Positions 10,588 through 20,746 of a stretch of 64,000 nucleotides of DNA are shown here, piece by piece. The notes under the pieces were generated by a model, which saw nothing but the letters and a program-made list of their open reading frames with translations, had not been told where the DNA came from and made no database searches. Each line of letters starts with the position of its first letter. Positions within the stretch are counted from its first letter, which is position 1. Position numbers and translations under genes: made by a program. This DNA comes from Candidatus Daviesbacteria bacterium. GTDB lineage: Bacteria > Patescibacteriota > Microgenomatia > Daviesbacterales > UBA10151. Where the stretch lies: the NCBI GenBank assembly GCA_016195715.1, contig JACPZA010000002.1:43246-107245 (forward strand), in the 5' to 3' direction.

Positions 10588-11241
10588 TTAAGCTCTAGCT
10601 TTCTTAAACATAAAAGCTGATACTATAAGCATTGCAAATGAACCAAATAAAACTAAAGCTGTGTCTGCTGGACCAGTTCTAGGTAATACTGTAGTTGTTA
10701 CTAAAATTTGATTTTCAATACAAAACAAAGCTGTATCAGATGCATTTTGATTGCTTACGCTAGCTTGGGCAAAGTTAGTTACACAGCTTAAGCTATTAGT
10801 TGCCATACTAGCTGCATTTTTAATTTTTCCTACAATATCAAAATCTCTAAATTCGCCAGGCTTAAGTTTGTCTATAGAAAAGTTTTCGGCTCTAGAGTTT
10901 GAATCAAAAGACCCAGGTCCAGAAACAAAGTCAGTAAAATCTGGGAACTTATCTTGAACTTGAATATTTGTTAAGTCAGTATTACCAGTGTTTTTAACAG
11001 TCACTCTAAAGTTAACAGTTTGTTCTGGTAAAAAGTGAGGGCCTGATGAACTTAGCGTATCAACTAATTCTCCTGTGACTGGGTTTTTAATCAATTTACT
11101 AACTGATAAAGACGTGGTCTGACAGGTTGCCCCGTAGGCACCATATTGACCTGTACAAGTAGTGCCAGAATCTGCGAAAGCACTTGGTACAGTAATTAGG
11201 AATAGGGCTAAAAGGAAACTTGATATAAGTACTTTGTTCAT
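10588..11241 (-). CDS. DUF11-like Ig domain, LPXTG-anchored surface protein
   Basis: Signal peptide; V.F.VTVKNTG..L.NI.V.D.FP; LPRTG + TM + KKARA. Confidence 0.9.
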   Translation of the reverse strand: MNKVLISSFLLALFLITVPSAFADSGTTCTGQYGAYGATCQTTSLSVSKLIKNPVTGELVDTLSSSGPHFLPEQTVNFRVTVKNTGNTDLTNIQVQDKFPDFTDFVSGPGSFDSNSRAENFSIDKLKPGEFRDFDIVGKIKNAASMATNSLSCVTNFAQASVSNQNASDTALFCIENQILVTTTVLPRTGPADTALVLFGSFAMLIVSAFMFKKARA

Positions 11242-11301
11242 ATTTATGGGTTATAGAAGGAAAGCTTTAATAGCTAGCCTTTTTATAACTATAAGTCATA
11301 T

Positions 11302-11329
11302 ATTATAGCTGTTTTTTTGTGCTTGTCAA
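11302..11329 (-). promoter_or_regulatory. Consensus sigma70 promoter for the LPXTG/secreted-protein operon
   Basis: TTGACA-N16-TATAAT on the minus strand. Confidence 0.75.
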
Positions 11330-11400
11330 GTCTTACTGAACCCCATAGCTATACTCTATTTTCTTCATTTTAGCTTCAGATTGGCGTGAATCCATAAAGA

Positions 11401-11420
11401 TTATGTAAGAATTATGTAAG
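11401..11420. promoter_or_regulatory. Direct repeat TTATGTAAG with 11-bp period, candidate OmpR-family regulator site
   Basis: TGTAAG-N5-TGTAAG in the intergenic region. Confidence 0.45.
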
Positions 11421-11429
11421 AGCTGGCTT

Positions 11430-12332
11430 TTAAATTACAGATGATTTAACTAATTTGGCATAAAGAATTAATCTTTGCCAGTCAGTTCCAGGAGGATAAC
11501 AAGTAGATAACACTAAATTAGCATCAGTATTTCTGATTGAAGCTAAATCTTGAGGGTTAATGACTTTTTTATTTACCATACTATACTCATACTTTTTACC
11601 ATGAAAAAAGATATCTACCTCATCACCTAAATTTAGCTCTTTAGCTGCATAAAATTTGGCATTATATTGTAGAATGTGTGCAACTGAATCTGTTGAGTGG
11701 GCAAACAAGACCATTGGACCAACTTCACCTGGATAATATGAGCCACTAGCATGGGCTACACCATTTTTAAGCTGTTCTGAATACAAAGCTTCATTGCTGG
11801 CATCAACGTTATCAATGATATTTGATTCCAGATTAATTTTAGGTATAACTACTTTAAAAATCTTATATTTAGGATCATCAGGGCTCAACTCAGCCGCTTT
11901 AGCTTGTTTTGTAACATAATCATAAGCACTTAAAAATTCTGCGCCATTATAAAAAGCTTTTTGAACTTTCTCCTGCGGAGTTTCAACTAAGTTACTCGCT
12001 TGTTTTTCTATATGGGTAATCCTAAGCTGGCTTTCTGCAATAGTTATAGGTAAAACTAAACTGATAAATCCTAATATAGCTATTAATAAACAAAAAATAG
12101 CTAGGAATTTGAAATTAATAATACTAAAAACACCCTGGCTTCCTCTATATCTTCCATCTAGCCACTGATCTGAAGTAGAATTATTTACTCTATCTAAACT
12201 TGGGTTAACAACTAAAGCTTCAGTTTGAGGCAAAAAAGGCATTGGAGCATTAAAAATAAGCTCTCCTTTAAAACTTGTGTGAAGAGATCGATCATACAGA
12301 GTGATTATTTTATCAAGTTGATTATTATCCAT
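11430..12332 (-). CDS. Sortase
   Basis: TM anchor; IPKINL, GVAH, LFAHS and LVLSTCYPPGT..RL with catalytic H/C/R. Confidence 0.92.
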   Translation of the reverse strand: MDNNQLDKIITLYDRSLHTSFKGELIFNAPMPFLPQTEALVVNPSLDRVNNSTSDQWLDGRYRGSQGVFSIINFKFLAIFCLLIAILGFISLVLPITIAESQLRITHIEKQASNLVETPQEKVQKAFYNGAEFLSAYDYVTKQAKAAELSPDDPKYKIFKVVIPKINLESNIIDNVDASNEALYSEQLKNGVAHASGSYYPGEVGPMVLFAHSTDSVAHILQYNAKFYAAKELNLGDEVDIFFHGKKYEYSMVNKKVINPQDLASIRNTDANLVLSTCYPPGTDWQRLILYAKLVKSSVI

Positions 12333-12407
12333 AAAAAGCCTATAACAAAGGCTACAAAGACGTATTATAACAGATTTATGTAATTTTTGGGTAAATTGCT
12401 TGCCAGA

Positions 12408-13922
12408 TTACTGTGAGATAATCGGTTTTGTGCGTAATCTTTTTTCAATCGTAATCCCACCAATTTTTTTGGTAGTTATTACCTCTGAGAAGCTATTTTG
12501 CCTATCTAAAAAAGCTTTTAAACGCTCTGGGTGAGGTGAATCTACCTCTTCTAGTGTATATAAAACTAAAGTATTTTCTTTTTTAGGCACAAATCCATAG
12601 TTTTTTTGCCCATACCAAAGTATTAAATAATCATAGCTGTAGGGAATAACTGGTGGTACATAGACGTCAACATTAAAATCTTTGGTTTTGGCATCTTGAT
12701 AAATATAATCAATCGCTTGCTTTTGATTAGTGAAATTAATAGTATTTTCTGCTGGTTCACCTTGACTTAAATAGCTTTGAGTCTTAGCTAAGTTTACATT
12801 TAAAAAGATATATAAAAAAATTAAAGCTAAGGGCCAAAGATATAGTTTTTGCAGCCAAAGATAAATGAGAAAACCAATTAGCAGAAAAAAGGCTGGCATA
12901 GTTCCAGATAAATAGTATCCCCAAACATAGCCATTATTACCCTGATAAAAAAGTAAACCAATTAATGCTCCAGCGATCCATAAAACTAACAGCCAAACTC
13001 CCCAAAGAGAGTCTGTTTTGCCAAAAAGCCGCTTTGTAAATGCCAAAATAGAAGCTAGAGCTAAAACTATAAATATGAGCATTTTTTGTTTTTCAAAGCT
13101 TAAAGCATTAGCATAGTTTTCTAGATAAAAAGGCAATCTTTGTTTAACCGTATCCCAAAAGCTACTATGAAAACTTTTTTCAGTAACTAAAAAAAGATAA
13201 AAAGCTTTAAATAGTAAAAATTTATGTTTTAAATCAAATAAAATTTGAGGTAAAAGAGTTAGTCCAAATGCTAAAACACTTAAAATTATCCATTTTTTTT
13301 CTATTTTAATTTTTAAAAGAAGCAAGATGGCAATAGTTGAAGGTATAAACCAAATTGCTGAGGCTGCTTCAAGTTGTAGTGCTAAACCAATGCTAAAAGT
13401 CCCAATTGCTAGCCACCAACCAGGTTTTTTTAATTTTAATAAAGTTAGAGAAAGTAAAGTTAAACTCGAGAAAAAAGCAATTGGTGCAGGATTTGCAAAC
13501 CAGCGAGCAAAAGTTATAGCATCAAAAGAAAGCGCAAATAAAAATGCTGCTATAAACCCGACCGCTATATTAAAGGCTTTTTTGCCAATTAGAAAAATTA
13601 AAATTATCGCCAAAGCATTAACAAACCCTACAGAGCCAGAAGCGACAGCTGGATCTCCCCCACCAAGTAAATAACCAATGGCTATTAGATAATAATAAAA
13701 TGGTCCTAAAAATATCCCTTCAATTCCAGAAGTTGGACCAATTAAAGTAAATTTATGATTAACTAATAGATCATAAATCACTAACCCATCTCTACCAGAA
13801 TCATAATAAAAACCTAGTAAGTCCTCTAAGCGATAGATTCTTAAAAAAAATCCTAAAATAAATATAGCCGCCAGGGATAAAATCCAAAATAAATCTTTTT
13901 TAGAAAGCTTAAACCCTAGCAT
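12408..13922 (-). CDS. GT-C (ArnT/PMT_2-like) glycosyltransferase
   Basis: LRIYRL..FYYDSGRD, GP..G.FLGPFYYY motifs; start placed at ATG 13922. Confidence 0.85.
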   Translation of the reverse strand: MLGFKLSKKDLFWILSLAAIFILGFFLRIYRLEDLLGFYYDSGRDGLVIYDLLVNHKFTLIGPTSGIEGIFLGPFYYYLIAIGYLLGGGDPAVASGSVGFVNALAIILIFLIGKKAFNIAVGFIAAFLFALSFDAITFARWFANPAPIAFFSSLTLLSLTLLKLKKPGWWLAIGTFSIGLALQLEAASAIWFIPSTIAILLLLKIKIEKKWIILSVLAFGLTLLPQILFDLKHKFLLFKAFYLFLVTEKSFHSSFWDTVKQRLPFYLENYANALSFEKQKMLIFIVLALASILAFTKRLFGKTDSLWGVWLLVLWIAGALIGLLFYQGNNGYVWGYYLSGTMPAFFLLIGFLIYLWLQKLYLWPLALIFLYIFLNVNLAKTQSYLSQGEPAENTINFTNQKQAIDYIYQDAKTKDFNVDVYVPPVIPYSYDYLILWYGQKNYGFVPKKENTLVLYTLEEVDSPHPERLKAFLDRQNSFSEVITTKKIGGITIEKRLRTKPIISQ

Positions 13923-13967
13923 AATATACAATTGTAACTGTAACTCTGGTATTATCAAGATGTACCA

Positions 13968-14324
13968 ATGCCCACAAAAAGAATTTTATCCTTTAAATAT
14001 GCCTTAGAAGGAGTTGCTTGCGCTTTTAAAGAAGAACCAAATTTAAAAATTCATTTTCTGATTGCTGCTGTTGTTGTTACTTTAGGTATAATTTTTCACT
14101 TAAGCACACTAGATTGGCTAATTTTAATTATCACAATTGGTGTAGTAATTAGTGTGGAATTAACCAATACAGCCATTGAATCAGTTGTAGACTCATTCAC
14201 CGCTGAAGCCCATCCTGGTGCTAAAAAAGCTAAAGATATTTCAGCTGGTGCGGTTTTAGTAGTTTCAATTATGGCTTTAGTGATTGGGATATTAATTTTT
14301 CTACCTTACTTAAAGTTCTATTAA
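13968..14324 (+). CDS. dgkA: Diacylglycerol/undecaprenol kinase
   Basis: SFKYALEG, EPNLKIH, VELTNTAIE..VD, AKDISAGAV. Confidence 0.9.
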   Translation: MPTKRILSFKYALEGVACAFKEEPNLKIHFLIAAVVVTLGIIFHLSTLDWLILIITIGVVISVELTNTAIESVVDSFTAEAHPGAKKAKDISAGAVLVVSIMALVIGILIFLPYLKFY

Positions 14325-15410
14325 TTTTTTTGCAGCTCGAGTGAGTTGAATAAGCTGATTATTTTCAATTGTAAATAAATCTTCAATTCTCACTCCACCA
14401 AATCCTTTTAGATAAATTCCTGGCTCAATGGAAAAAACCATACCACTTTTTAAAATATCCTTGCTTTTTGGCGAGAGTCGGGGAGACTCATGAACCTCTA
14501 AACCAACTCCATGACCTAGCGAGTGGGGGATATTAGGAAACCCTTGACTTAATATATATTCTCTGGCAACTTTATCAACATCTTTTGCCAAAATGGGTAA
14601 ATTTTTTTTTAATTTTTCAGAGATAAACTCAATTGCTTTTTGTTGTGCATTAAAAACTGTTTGATAAATTTTAGTCTGTTTTTTTGAAGCCTTGCCAAAA
14701 AAAATAGTCCTGGTCATATCTGAACAATAATTTTCAAATTTAACTCCAAAATCAAGTAATACAAATTGACCATTTTTTGAATTCAAAATTTCATTTCCAG
14801 TTTGGTGATGGGGGATAGAGGAATTTTTTCCAAAAGCTACAATTGCAGGAAAAGAAAATTGCACCTTTTGGTCTTTTATAAATAACTCAAGTTTATAACT
14901 TAAATCTTTTTCACTAATACCAAACTTTATCTGCTTTAAAATAAATTTAAAAGCTAAATTAGCAATTTGACAAGCTTTTTTAATTTTAGCTATCTCCTCT
15001 TTATTTTTTAACTGACGAGTGCTTGATAAATCTAAATGCACAAATTCAATAAAAATTTTGGAAAATTTTTGATATTCTAAAAAGCTTAAATTTTCTCCTT
15101 CAAAACCCACTTTTTTTAGTCCTTTAGTTTTAGTTAGTTTTTTTAATTGTTTATCTATAATATTGTGCGACGTCAATGTAATTAATCGGAAATCGGGGAG
15201 ATGTTTTTGAATGGCTTCTGAATATCTACCATCAGTTAAAATAAATTGAGAATTTTTGGTAATTAATAAATAAGCTTCTCTCTCCTCTTTTGAAAAATTA
15301 TAATAATCAGTTAGATAAGCGATATTTGTAGCATGAGTTACTAATACTCCATCAAGCTTTTTATCGGTAATTATTTTTTTTAAAGTTACCATCTTGCTAT
15401 TTTTTAACAT
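14310..15410 (-). CDS. Xaa-Pro aminopeptidase (M24B)
   Basis: DFG, YCSDMTRT, HSLGHGVGLEVHE, EPGIY, GVRIED. Confidence 0.95.
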   Translation of the reverse strand: MLKNSKMVTLKKIITDKKLDGVLVTHATNIAYLTDYYNFSKEEREAYLLITKNSQFILTDGRYSEAIQKHLPDFRLITLTSHNIIDKQLKKLTKTKGLKKVGFEGENLSFLEYQKFSKIFIEFVHLDLSSTRQLKNKEEIAKIKKACQIANLAFKFILKQIKFGISEKDLSYKLELFIKDQKVQFSFPAIVAFGKNSSIPHHQTGNEILNSKNGQFVLLDFGVKFENYCSDMTRTIFFGKASKKQTKIYQTVFNAQQKAIEFISEKLKKNLPILAKDVDKVAREYILSQGFPNIPHSLGHGVGLEVHESPRLSPKSKDILKSGMVFSIEPGIYLKGFGGVRIEDLFTIENNQLIQLTRAAKKLIEL

Positions 15411-15511
15411 AATCTTAAACTTCCTCTTATAGTTTTAGTCTAAATTTAACTAGTTGTAAATTTAGCGAAACTATTATACGTTAAGGATCAACAAAAAAGG
15501 AGGTGACTTTA

Positions 15512-15970
15512 ATGAGTAGGTTATTTAAAATTGCCGTTTATTTAATAACTACTTTTCTTTCAGTCTTTCTATTTTCTGGAGTCGCTTTGGCTAAAACCCA
15601 AGATGAAATGCCGATGTGGGATGTTCGAGGAACAGGAAGTTTAGAGTTTGTTTGTGTTACACCAGATACTTGTCCAGGCGGTCCTTTTGATCATAGTATT
15701 AATGTTACAACTGAAAATCCAGACGGAACATTTTCTGGAACTGGCTACTTCATTCCAGATCCAGCCACCACCTGGACTGTAACTGGAACACTAAATAGTT
15801 CAGCTGTTGCTTTCCATATTGTTTACACTGGAACCAATCCTGGTTATACAATTGATGGACAAGGAACTATATCTATAGATGGATCTTTTAATGGAATAGC
15901 TCAAAGTAATACCAGTCAAGGATTTAGTTGGCATAGTACTAAGGGAAAAGCTAAGTTAATTAATCCCTAG
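15512..15970 (+). CDS. Secreted beta-rich hypothetical protein
   Basis: SD AGGAGGTGA places the start at ATG 15512; signal peptide ending ALA. Confidence 0.75.
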   Translation: MSRLFKIAVYLITTFLSVFLFSGVALAKTQDEMPMWDVRGTGSLEFVCVTPDTCPGGPFDHSINVTTENPDGTFSGTGYFIPDPATTWTVTGTLNSSAVAFHIVYTGTNPGYTIDGQGTISIDGSFNGIAQSNTSQGFSWHSTKGKAKLINP

Positions 15971-15985
15971 AGAATTAGAATTAAT

Positions 15986-16897
15986 TTATAAAAAATCAGC
16001 TATTATTTTACTAATATTTAATGCTAAATCACTAGCATTATAGAGCCATTTGGAATCTCTCCATAAATTATTTGATGCTTGTTTTAAAATAAAACTGGCT
16101 GCACTTGCGACTTCCAGTGGATCATCGCAGTGAAAATACAAAGATGCAACCACCCCAGCTAGCACATCTCCTGTTCCCCCTTTTGTCATACCTGCATTTC
16201 CACCTGGTGAATACAACCAACCAGTATAACTTGCAATAATATCCACTGGCCCTTTAAGTAAAATGGTAATCTTATATTCTTTGGCAATACTAAAAACAAT
16301 TTCAGCCACTTTTTGAATATCGCTAAATTGATTTGAATGTGATGTTTTAAGTTTGTCTGAATTAATATCAAAAAGATTAGCCATTTCTAGTCTATGTGGG
16401 GTAATTATTATTTTAGTTTTATTTTTTAAATCTTCCGATTTAATAACTTGTAAACTTCCTGCATCTAAAACCGCTTTTTTATTTGAAGATAAAACTTTTT
16501 GAGTAATTTCCAAAGAAAAATCTCTTTCCCCATGAGTTTCTGCCCTTGTACTTTCTGGCTCTCTCATCAATCCTGGACCTACTAAAACCACATCAGCACT
16601 TTTTAAATAATTATCAACTTCTTCTCTTAAAATTCCTATAAAACTTTCTTGCTCTTTTTTAATAAAATTTAAATTTTCTTTGGTTGAGCAAAAATAAACC
16701 ATATCATTCATTCTGCTTGCTAAACCAATAATTGTCTCAGTCGCTGCAAGCAAAGATAACCTTCCAGCTCCATGAAATAAAGGCGAATCTGCAATAATTA
16801 ATATTTTGCCATTTTGGCCTTTATGGGAATCAGAGTTTGGTAGTAACAAAACTTTTTTAACTAAAGACTCATTTACTAAGAATTTATCACTCGACAT
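15986..16897 (-). CDS. nnrD: ADP-dependent NAD(P)H-hydrate dehydratase (YjeF C-terminal domain)
   Basis: SHKGQNG, GPGL, VLDAGSL, ITPH..E, LLKG, GGTGDVLAG. Confidence 0.9.
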   Translation of the reverse strand: MSSDKFLVNESLVKKVLLLPNSDSHKGQNGKILIIADSPLFHGAGRLSLLAATETIIGLASRMNDMVYFCSTKENLNFIKKEQESFIGILREEVDNYLKSADVVLVGPGLMREPESTRAETHGERDFSLEITQKVLSSNKKAVLDAGSLQVIKSEDLKNKTKIIITPHRLEMANLFDINSDKLKTSHSNQFSDIQKVAEIVFSIAKEYKITILLKGPVDIIASYTGWLYSPGGNAGMTKGGTGDVLAGVVASLYFHCDDPLEVASAASFILKQASNNLWRDSKWLYNASDLALNISKIIADFL

Positions 16898-16910
16898 ATT
16901 AATTATTATA

Positions 16911-17564
16911 CTAATTTTTATTTGCCTCGGTAATTAATTTAGTTCGCCTCTTAAAACTTTTCAATGAGTTACTTAAAACTAAAATTCCAAAAATTACTTA
17001 TAAAAAAATTAATGTCAAATGAAAGCGATTTTCTAAAAAAATATCTTTGAAAAAATAAATTAGCAAAAATGCACTTAAATTAAAAATAAATCCAGCCGGA
17101 ACTAAAAATTTTAATTCAAAAAGTTGCCTACTTAAAATATGATTAAAAAGTAACTTTTTTTGTTTGGTATTAAAAACTGATTCGTGTTTTTTAATTAAAT
17201 TTAAGTCAAAAATATATAAACCTGCTGCAACTACAAACAGTCCAACAATAAACCCAAACCAAAGTAGCGGATTATCCATAGCAGAAAATGCCATTATTTC
17301 GACTAAGCTAACTAAAAAATATAAAAAGCTATGGACTAAATCCATTGGCCAATCAATAAAAGATAGCGCATGAATTATAGCTTGTGACCAAAAAATTAAA
17401 ATTAATAAAAGTCCGGATAAAACATACAGCCAATACTCAAAATGTAAATTGGAAATAATATGCGAGCTATTATCTGCTAAAGAAACTAAAGCCACACCTT
17501 GAACGACACTAATTAGTAAAAACTCAATATCTAAAACTATCCCATCCAATTTTTCTCTATTCAT
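16911..17564 (-). pseudogene. Multi-TM membrane protein with an apparent premature TAA at 16998-17000
   Basis: Same frame continues past the stop as VIFGILVLSNSLKSFKRRTKLITEANKN*, completing a TM helix and basic tail. Confidence 0.6.
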
Positions 17565-17651
17565 AGCCTGCTATTATCCAGCAAATTTATAATAAATAAT
17601 AGTAGAGAAATTTAGGTGTTTAAATTTAGCTATCAATTCAATTATCATAGA

Positions 17652-18563
17652 ATGATGATTAAAAAGCTTCAAAAGAAAACAAATTTTATAATAATTTCAT
17701 TAGTAATCTCAACTTGTGTGCTTATGATAGCAAACGGTCTTTGGTTTTCTCCTGATCAATTTTTTGTCTTAGCGGGTTTATTAATGTTAATTTTTGGAAG
17801 ATTTAAGAATTATTTAAAAGATTGGACTTTACCCGTTTTTTTATTATTACTTTATGATTACCTGCGGGGTATTCTTCCTCACCTAGCTGCGTTACCTCAT
17901 GTTAATCCAATGGTAAAATTTGGAATGTTAAAAGGATTTATATGGGGTGTAATGTTACAAAGATATTTGTCTTCCGATCAACTATTACACTGGTACGATT
18001 TTGTTGTTGTTTTTTTATATATGACTCATTTTGTAATTCCCATGATTATATCCTTAATATTCTGGCTAAATAACCGCAAATTGTTTAAAGAATACATGTA
18101 TTCTTTAGTTGTTCTTTCCTATTTAGCTCTAATTAGTTTTGTGCTCTTCCCTACAATGCCACCTTGGATGGCAGCTCAATCAGGCTATATACCCCACCTT
18201 GATAATCTTTATGATTTTATAATCGATTATTTTCCACACTCATTTTATTTGCCTAGTGTTTATCAGTGGATTGACAATAACTTAGTTGCAGCACTTCCCT
18301 CTATGCACGCTGCTTATCCCTGGTTAACTTTTCTGTATTTGAGAAAAGTCTATCCAAAATTTCAATTTGCTTTGATTCTTTATGTTATATCAATTTGGTT
18401 CACAACACTTTATTTAGGTGAACATTACAGTTTGGATATAATAGTTGCAATCTTATATGCTCAATTCACTTATATGATAATTACCCGACGGAAAAGTATA
18501 TTTAAAAAAGTTAATTACATTTTAGGTAACCATAAGTTATGGAAAGCTAAAAATGATTTCTGA
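17652..18563 (+). CDS. PAP2-family membrane phosphatase/phosphotransferase (Aur1/IPCS-like)
   Basis: Y.THF, FPTMPPW, AALPSMHAAYP, YLGEHY..D. Confidence 0.85.
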   Translation: MMIKKLQKKTNFIIISLVISTCVLMIANGLWFSPDQFFVLAGLLMLIFGRFKNYLKDWTLPVFLLLLYDYLRGILPHLAALPHVNPMVKFGMLKGFIWGVMLQRYLSSDQLLHWYDFVVVFLYMTHFVIPMIISLIFWLNNRKLFKEYMYSLVVLSYLALISFVLFPTMPPWMAAQSGYIPHLDNLYDFIIDYFPHSFYLPSVYQWIDNNLVAALPSMHAAYPWLTFLYLRKVYPKFQFALILYVISIWFTTLYLGEHYSLDIIVAILYAQFTYMIITRRKSIFKKVNYILGNHKLWKAKNDF

Positions 18564-20202
18564 TATGGGAAAGAGAATAGTTTAAATTGGCATCAGTCTT
18601 TTTATGGGGATTAAAAATATCCTCTGGATCTAAAATATGTTTTATTTTTTTAAAAATTTCAAACATTTTACTTCCATACATTTTTTCTAAATAATAACCC
18701 CTAATCATTCCTTCGTTGTGTTCTGCGGATATTGAACCATGATAATCAAAAACTAATTGATTAACTTTTTCCTCAACTACGGGAATTTTTTCTATTTCTT
18801 TTTTATTTCGGAAATCCATTAACGGAATAATATGGAAATTTCCATCGCCCATATGACCGGCAATTGTATAATCAATTTGATTTTCTACTAAAATTTTTAT
18901 AAGTTTTGGAAAAAATTCAAGTAAATATAGAGGCTTAACAATAAAGTCATCAATAAAAGGAGCTGTGTGCTTATTTTTGACATTTTTGCGCAGTAAATTA
19001 AAACTTTCTCTTCTGATTGTCCAAAAATTTAAAGCTTTTTTATCCGTTTCGGCAAGCTCAATCCGGACTGGGTATTTAGACAAAATACTTTTAAGTTTTT
19101 CAATTCTTTGACTGATGTCTGTCGGGTTATCACTGTCAAATTCCACCAATAGTGTAAATTTGGGTAACCCTTTAGTTGCAAAATTTATTAAGTCAGGTAA
19201 AAATTGCAAACCCATATCAATGGTCCCTTTAAGTCCTAAGATCTTAATAAATTGGGGCATAAATTTTAAAGCTAAACTTAAGGTTCGATCGTCAAAAACT
19301 TCAAAACTTTCGGGCTTTGAGAGTAATACATCATTTATAATCTGAGGCAAAATACTCATATCATTTAGATAAATAACCAATAATCCGTTATGTTTTTTTG
19401 CTTCAATTAACCGCAGTTTTGCTTCAATATTTATCCCTAAAGTCCCTTGAGCTCCAATAAAAATTTTAGTTAAATCAAACTCTTTTTTTTCTTTATCCCA
19501 AACATCCCAAATATTGAAACCAGTTGAGTTTTTGCTAACATCAGGTTTAGATTGTTTTATTAATTCGTAATTTTCCTCGCAAAGTTGAAAGATTTTTTTA
19601 TAAATTCTTCCTTCAAAATCATCCTGTCTGATTTTTTTTAATAACTGCTGATAAGTTAATTTTTCAAACGAATACTCATTTCCATCGGCTAGAATAATTT
19701 TTAAGTTTTCTACATAATCTATGGTCTTACCATGAGCCAAAGTTTTCTCTCCGCCTGCGTTATTAGATATCATCCCGCCTAATGCACAGATGTTTTTTGA
19801 TGCTGGATAAGAAGGTAGAAATAAGCCTTTTTCAAGTGTTAATTTTTCAAAATCCCGGTAAAAAACCCCGGGTTGTACTACCGTTCCTTCAGCTCTAATC
19901 TCACCAATCTGGCTAAAATGCTTAGAAAAATCAACAATAATCGAATCGTTAATCGCTCCACCTGTCATATCCGTTCCTCCGCTTCTGGCGGTTAATGATA
20001 AATGGGGAAAATCTTGTTTATTTTCCGAAACAAATTTAACTAAATTAGAAACATCCTCGCTATCAAGCGGAAACACGATTAGTTGAGGAACAACTTCAAA
20101 TAAAGAAGTATCATGACTATAAAACTTTAAAGCTTTAGGGTCTGAAAGAATCTCCCCTTTAAAAAATTCCTGAATTTTTTTGGTTAAAGTCACAGTATCC
20201 AT
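18547..20202 (-). CDS. FAD-linked oxidoreductase (D-lactate dehydrogenase/GlcD-like)
   Basis: TARSGGTDMTGG, GGMISNNAGG, GHMGDGNFH, AEHNEG, DP..IFNP. Confidence 0.9.
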   Translation of the reverse strand: MDTVTLTKKIQEFFKGEILSDPKALKFYSHDTSLFEVVPQLIVFPLDSEDVSNLVKFVSENKQDFPHLSLTARSGGTDMTGGAINDSIIVDFSKHFSQIGEIRAEGTVVQPGVFYRDFEKLTLEKGLFLPSYPASKNICALGGMISNNAGGEKTLAHGKTIDYVENLKIILADGNEYSFEKLTYQQLLKKIRQDDFEGRIYKKIFQLCEENYELIKQSKPDVSKNSTGFNIWDVWDKEKKEFDLTKIFIGAQGTLGINIEAKLRLIEAKKHNGLLVIYLNDMSILPQIINDVLLSKPESFEVFDDRTLSLALKFMPQFIKILGLKGTIDMGLQFLPDLINFATKGLPKFTLLVEFDSDNPTDISQRIEKLKSILSKYPVRIELAETDKKALNFWTIRRESFNLLRKNVKNKHTAPFIDDFIVKPLYLLEFFPKLIKILVENQIDYTIAGHMGDGNFHIIPLMDFRNKKEIEKIPVVEEKVNQLVFDYHGSISAEHNEGMIRGYYLEKMYGSKMFEIFKKIKHILDPEDIFNPHKKTDANLNYSLSHIRNHF

Positions 20203-20205
20203 TAT

Positions 20206-20670
20206 TTATTTGTTGCTAAGTAATCTTTCGCTGACAAACAGCAAACCTACAGCTTGAACTAAAAACATTAATAAATTAAGACTCTCTGTAGAAGGAGATG
20301 TCCAACCTGCTGCTAGCCAAAAAACCCCATTTAAAAACATCCCTCCGATTAAACCAGCTGCATATAATGAATATAGCAACTTAATCCCCTTACCTCCAAA
20401 CAATAAATAAACTGAGATACCAAATAAACTAAGGCCCACCATCAACTCCCCCCACATCGTTAATATTCCAAAAAAACCTGAACTGGGTATAGCAGTACTA
20501 TTTAAAAATTCTTTTACAAATGGATAGGGATTTTTACTGGCAAATTTGGTTAAACTCTCAGGTAATGAGGAAACAAAAGTTCCACCCTTAAATTTTCCAT
20601 AACTACTTCTTAGAAAAATAAACCCAAAGCTTAAAAAAATTAGATAAAGATACTTATGTACTTTATTCAA
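20206..20670 (-). CDS. DoxX/DoxD-family membrane protein
   Basis: FLRSSYGKF, GELMVGLSL, four TM segments; SD GGGGGTGA with TTG start. Confidence 0.75.
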   Translation of the reverse strand: MNKVHKYLYLIFLSFGFIFLRSSYGKFKGGTFVSSLPESLTKFASKNPYPFVKEFLNSTAIPSSGFFGILTMWGELMVGLSLFGISVYLLFGGKGIKLLYSLYAAGLIGGMFLNGVFWLAAGWTSPSTESLNLLMFLVQAVGLLFVSERLLSNK

Positions 20671-20746
20671 TTTATCACCCCCTTTAAATTGTCTAGTTAA
20701 TAATAGATTAACATAAAAAGAGCCGGTTTAAAAAAAGTCTAGAGGT

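Noticed and set aside
11333-11395. 20-codon minus-strand ORF MDSRQSEAKMKKIEYSYGVQ
   Set aside because: No SD, overlaps candidate promoter elements, and could easily arise by chance
16998-17000. Stop-codon reassignment (for example code 25)
   Set aside because: The internal stop is TAA, and TAA, TAG and TGA all end conserved genes normally in this window
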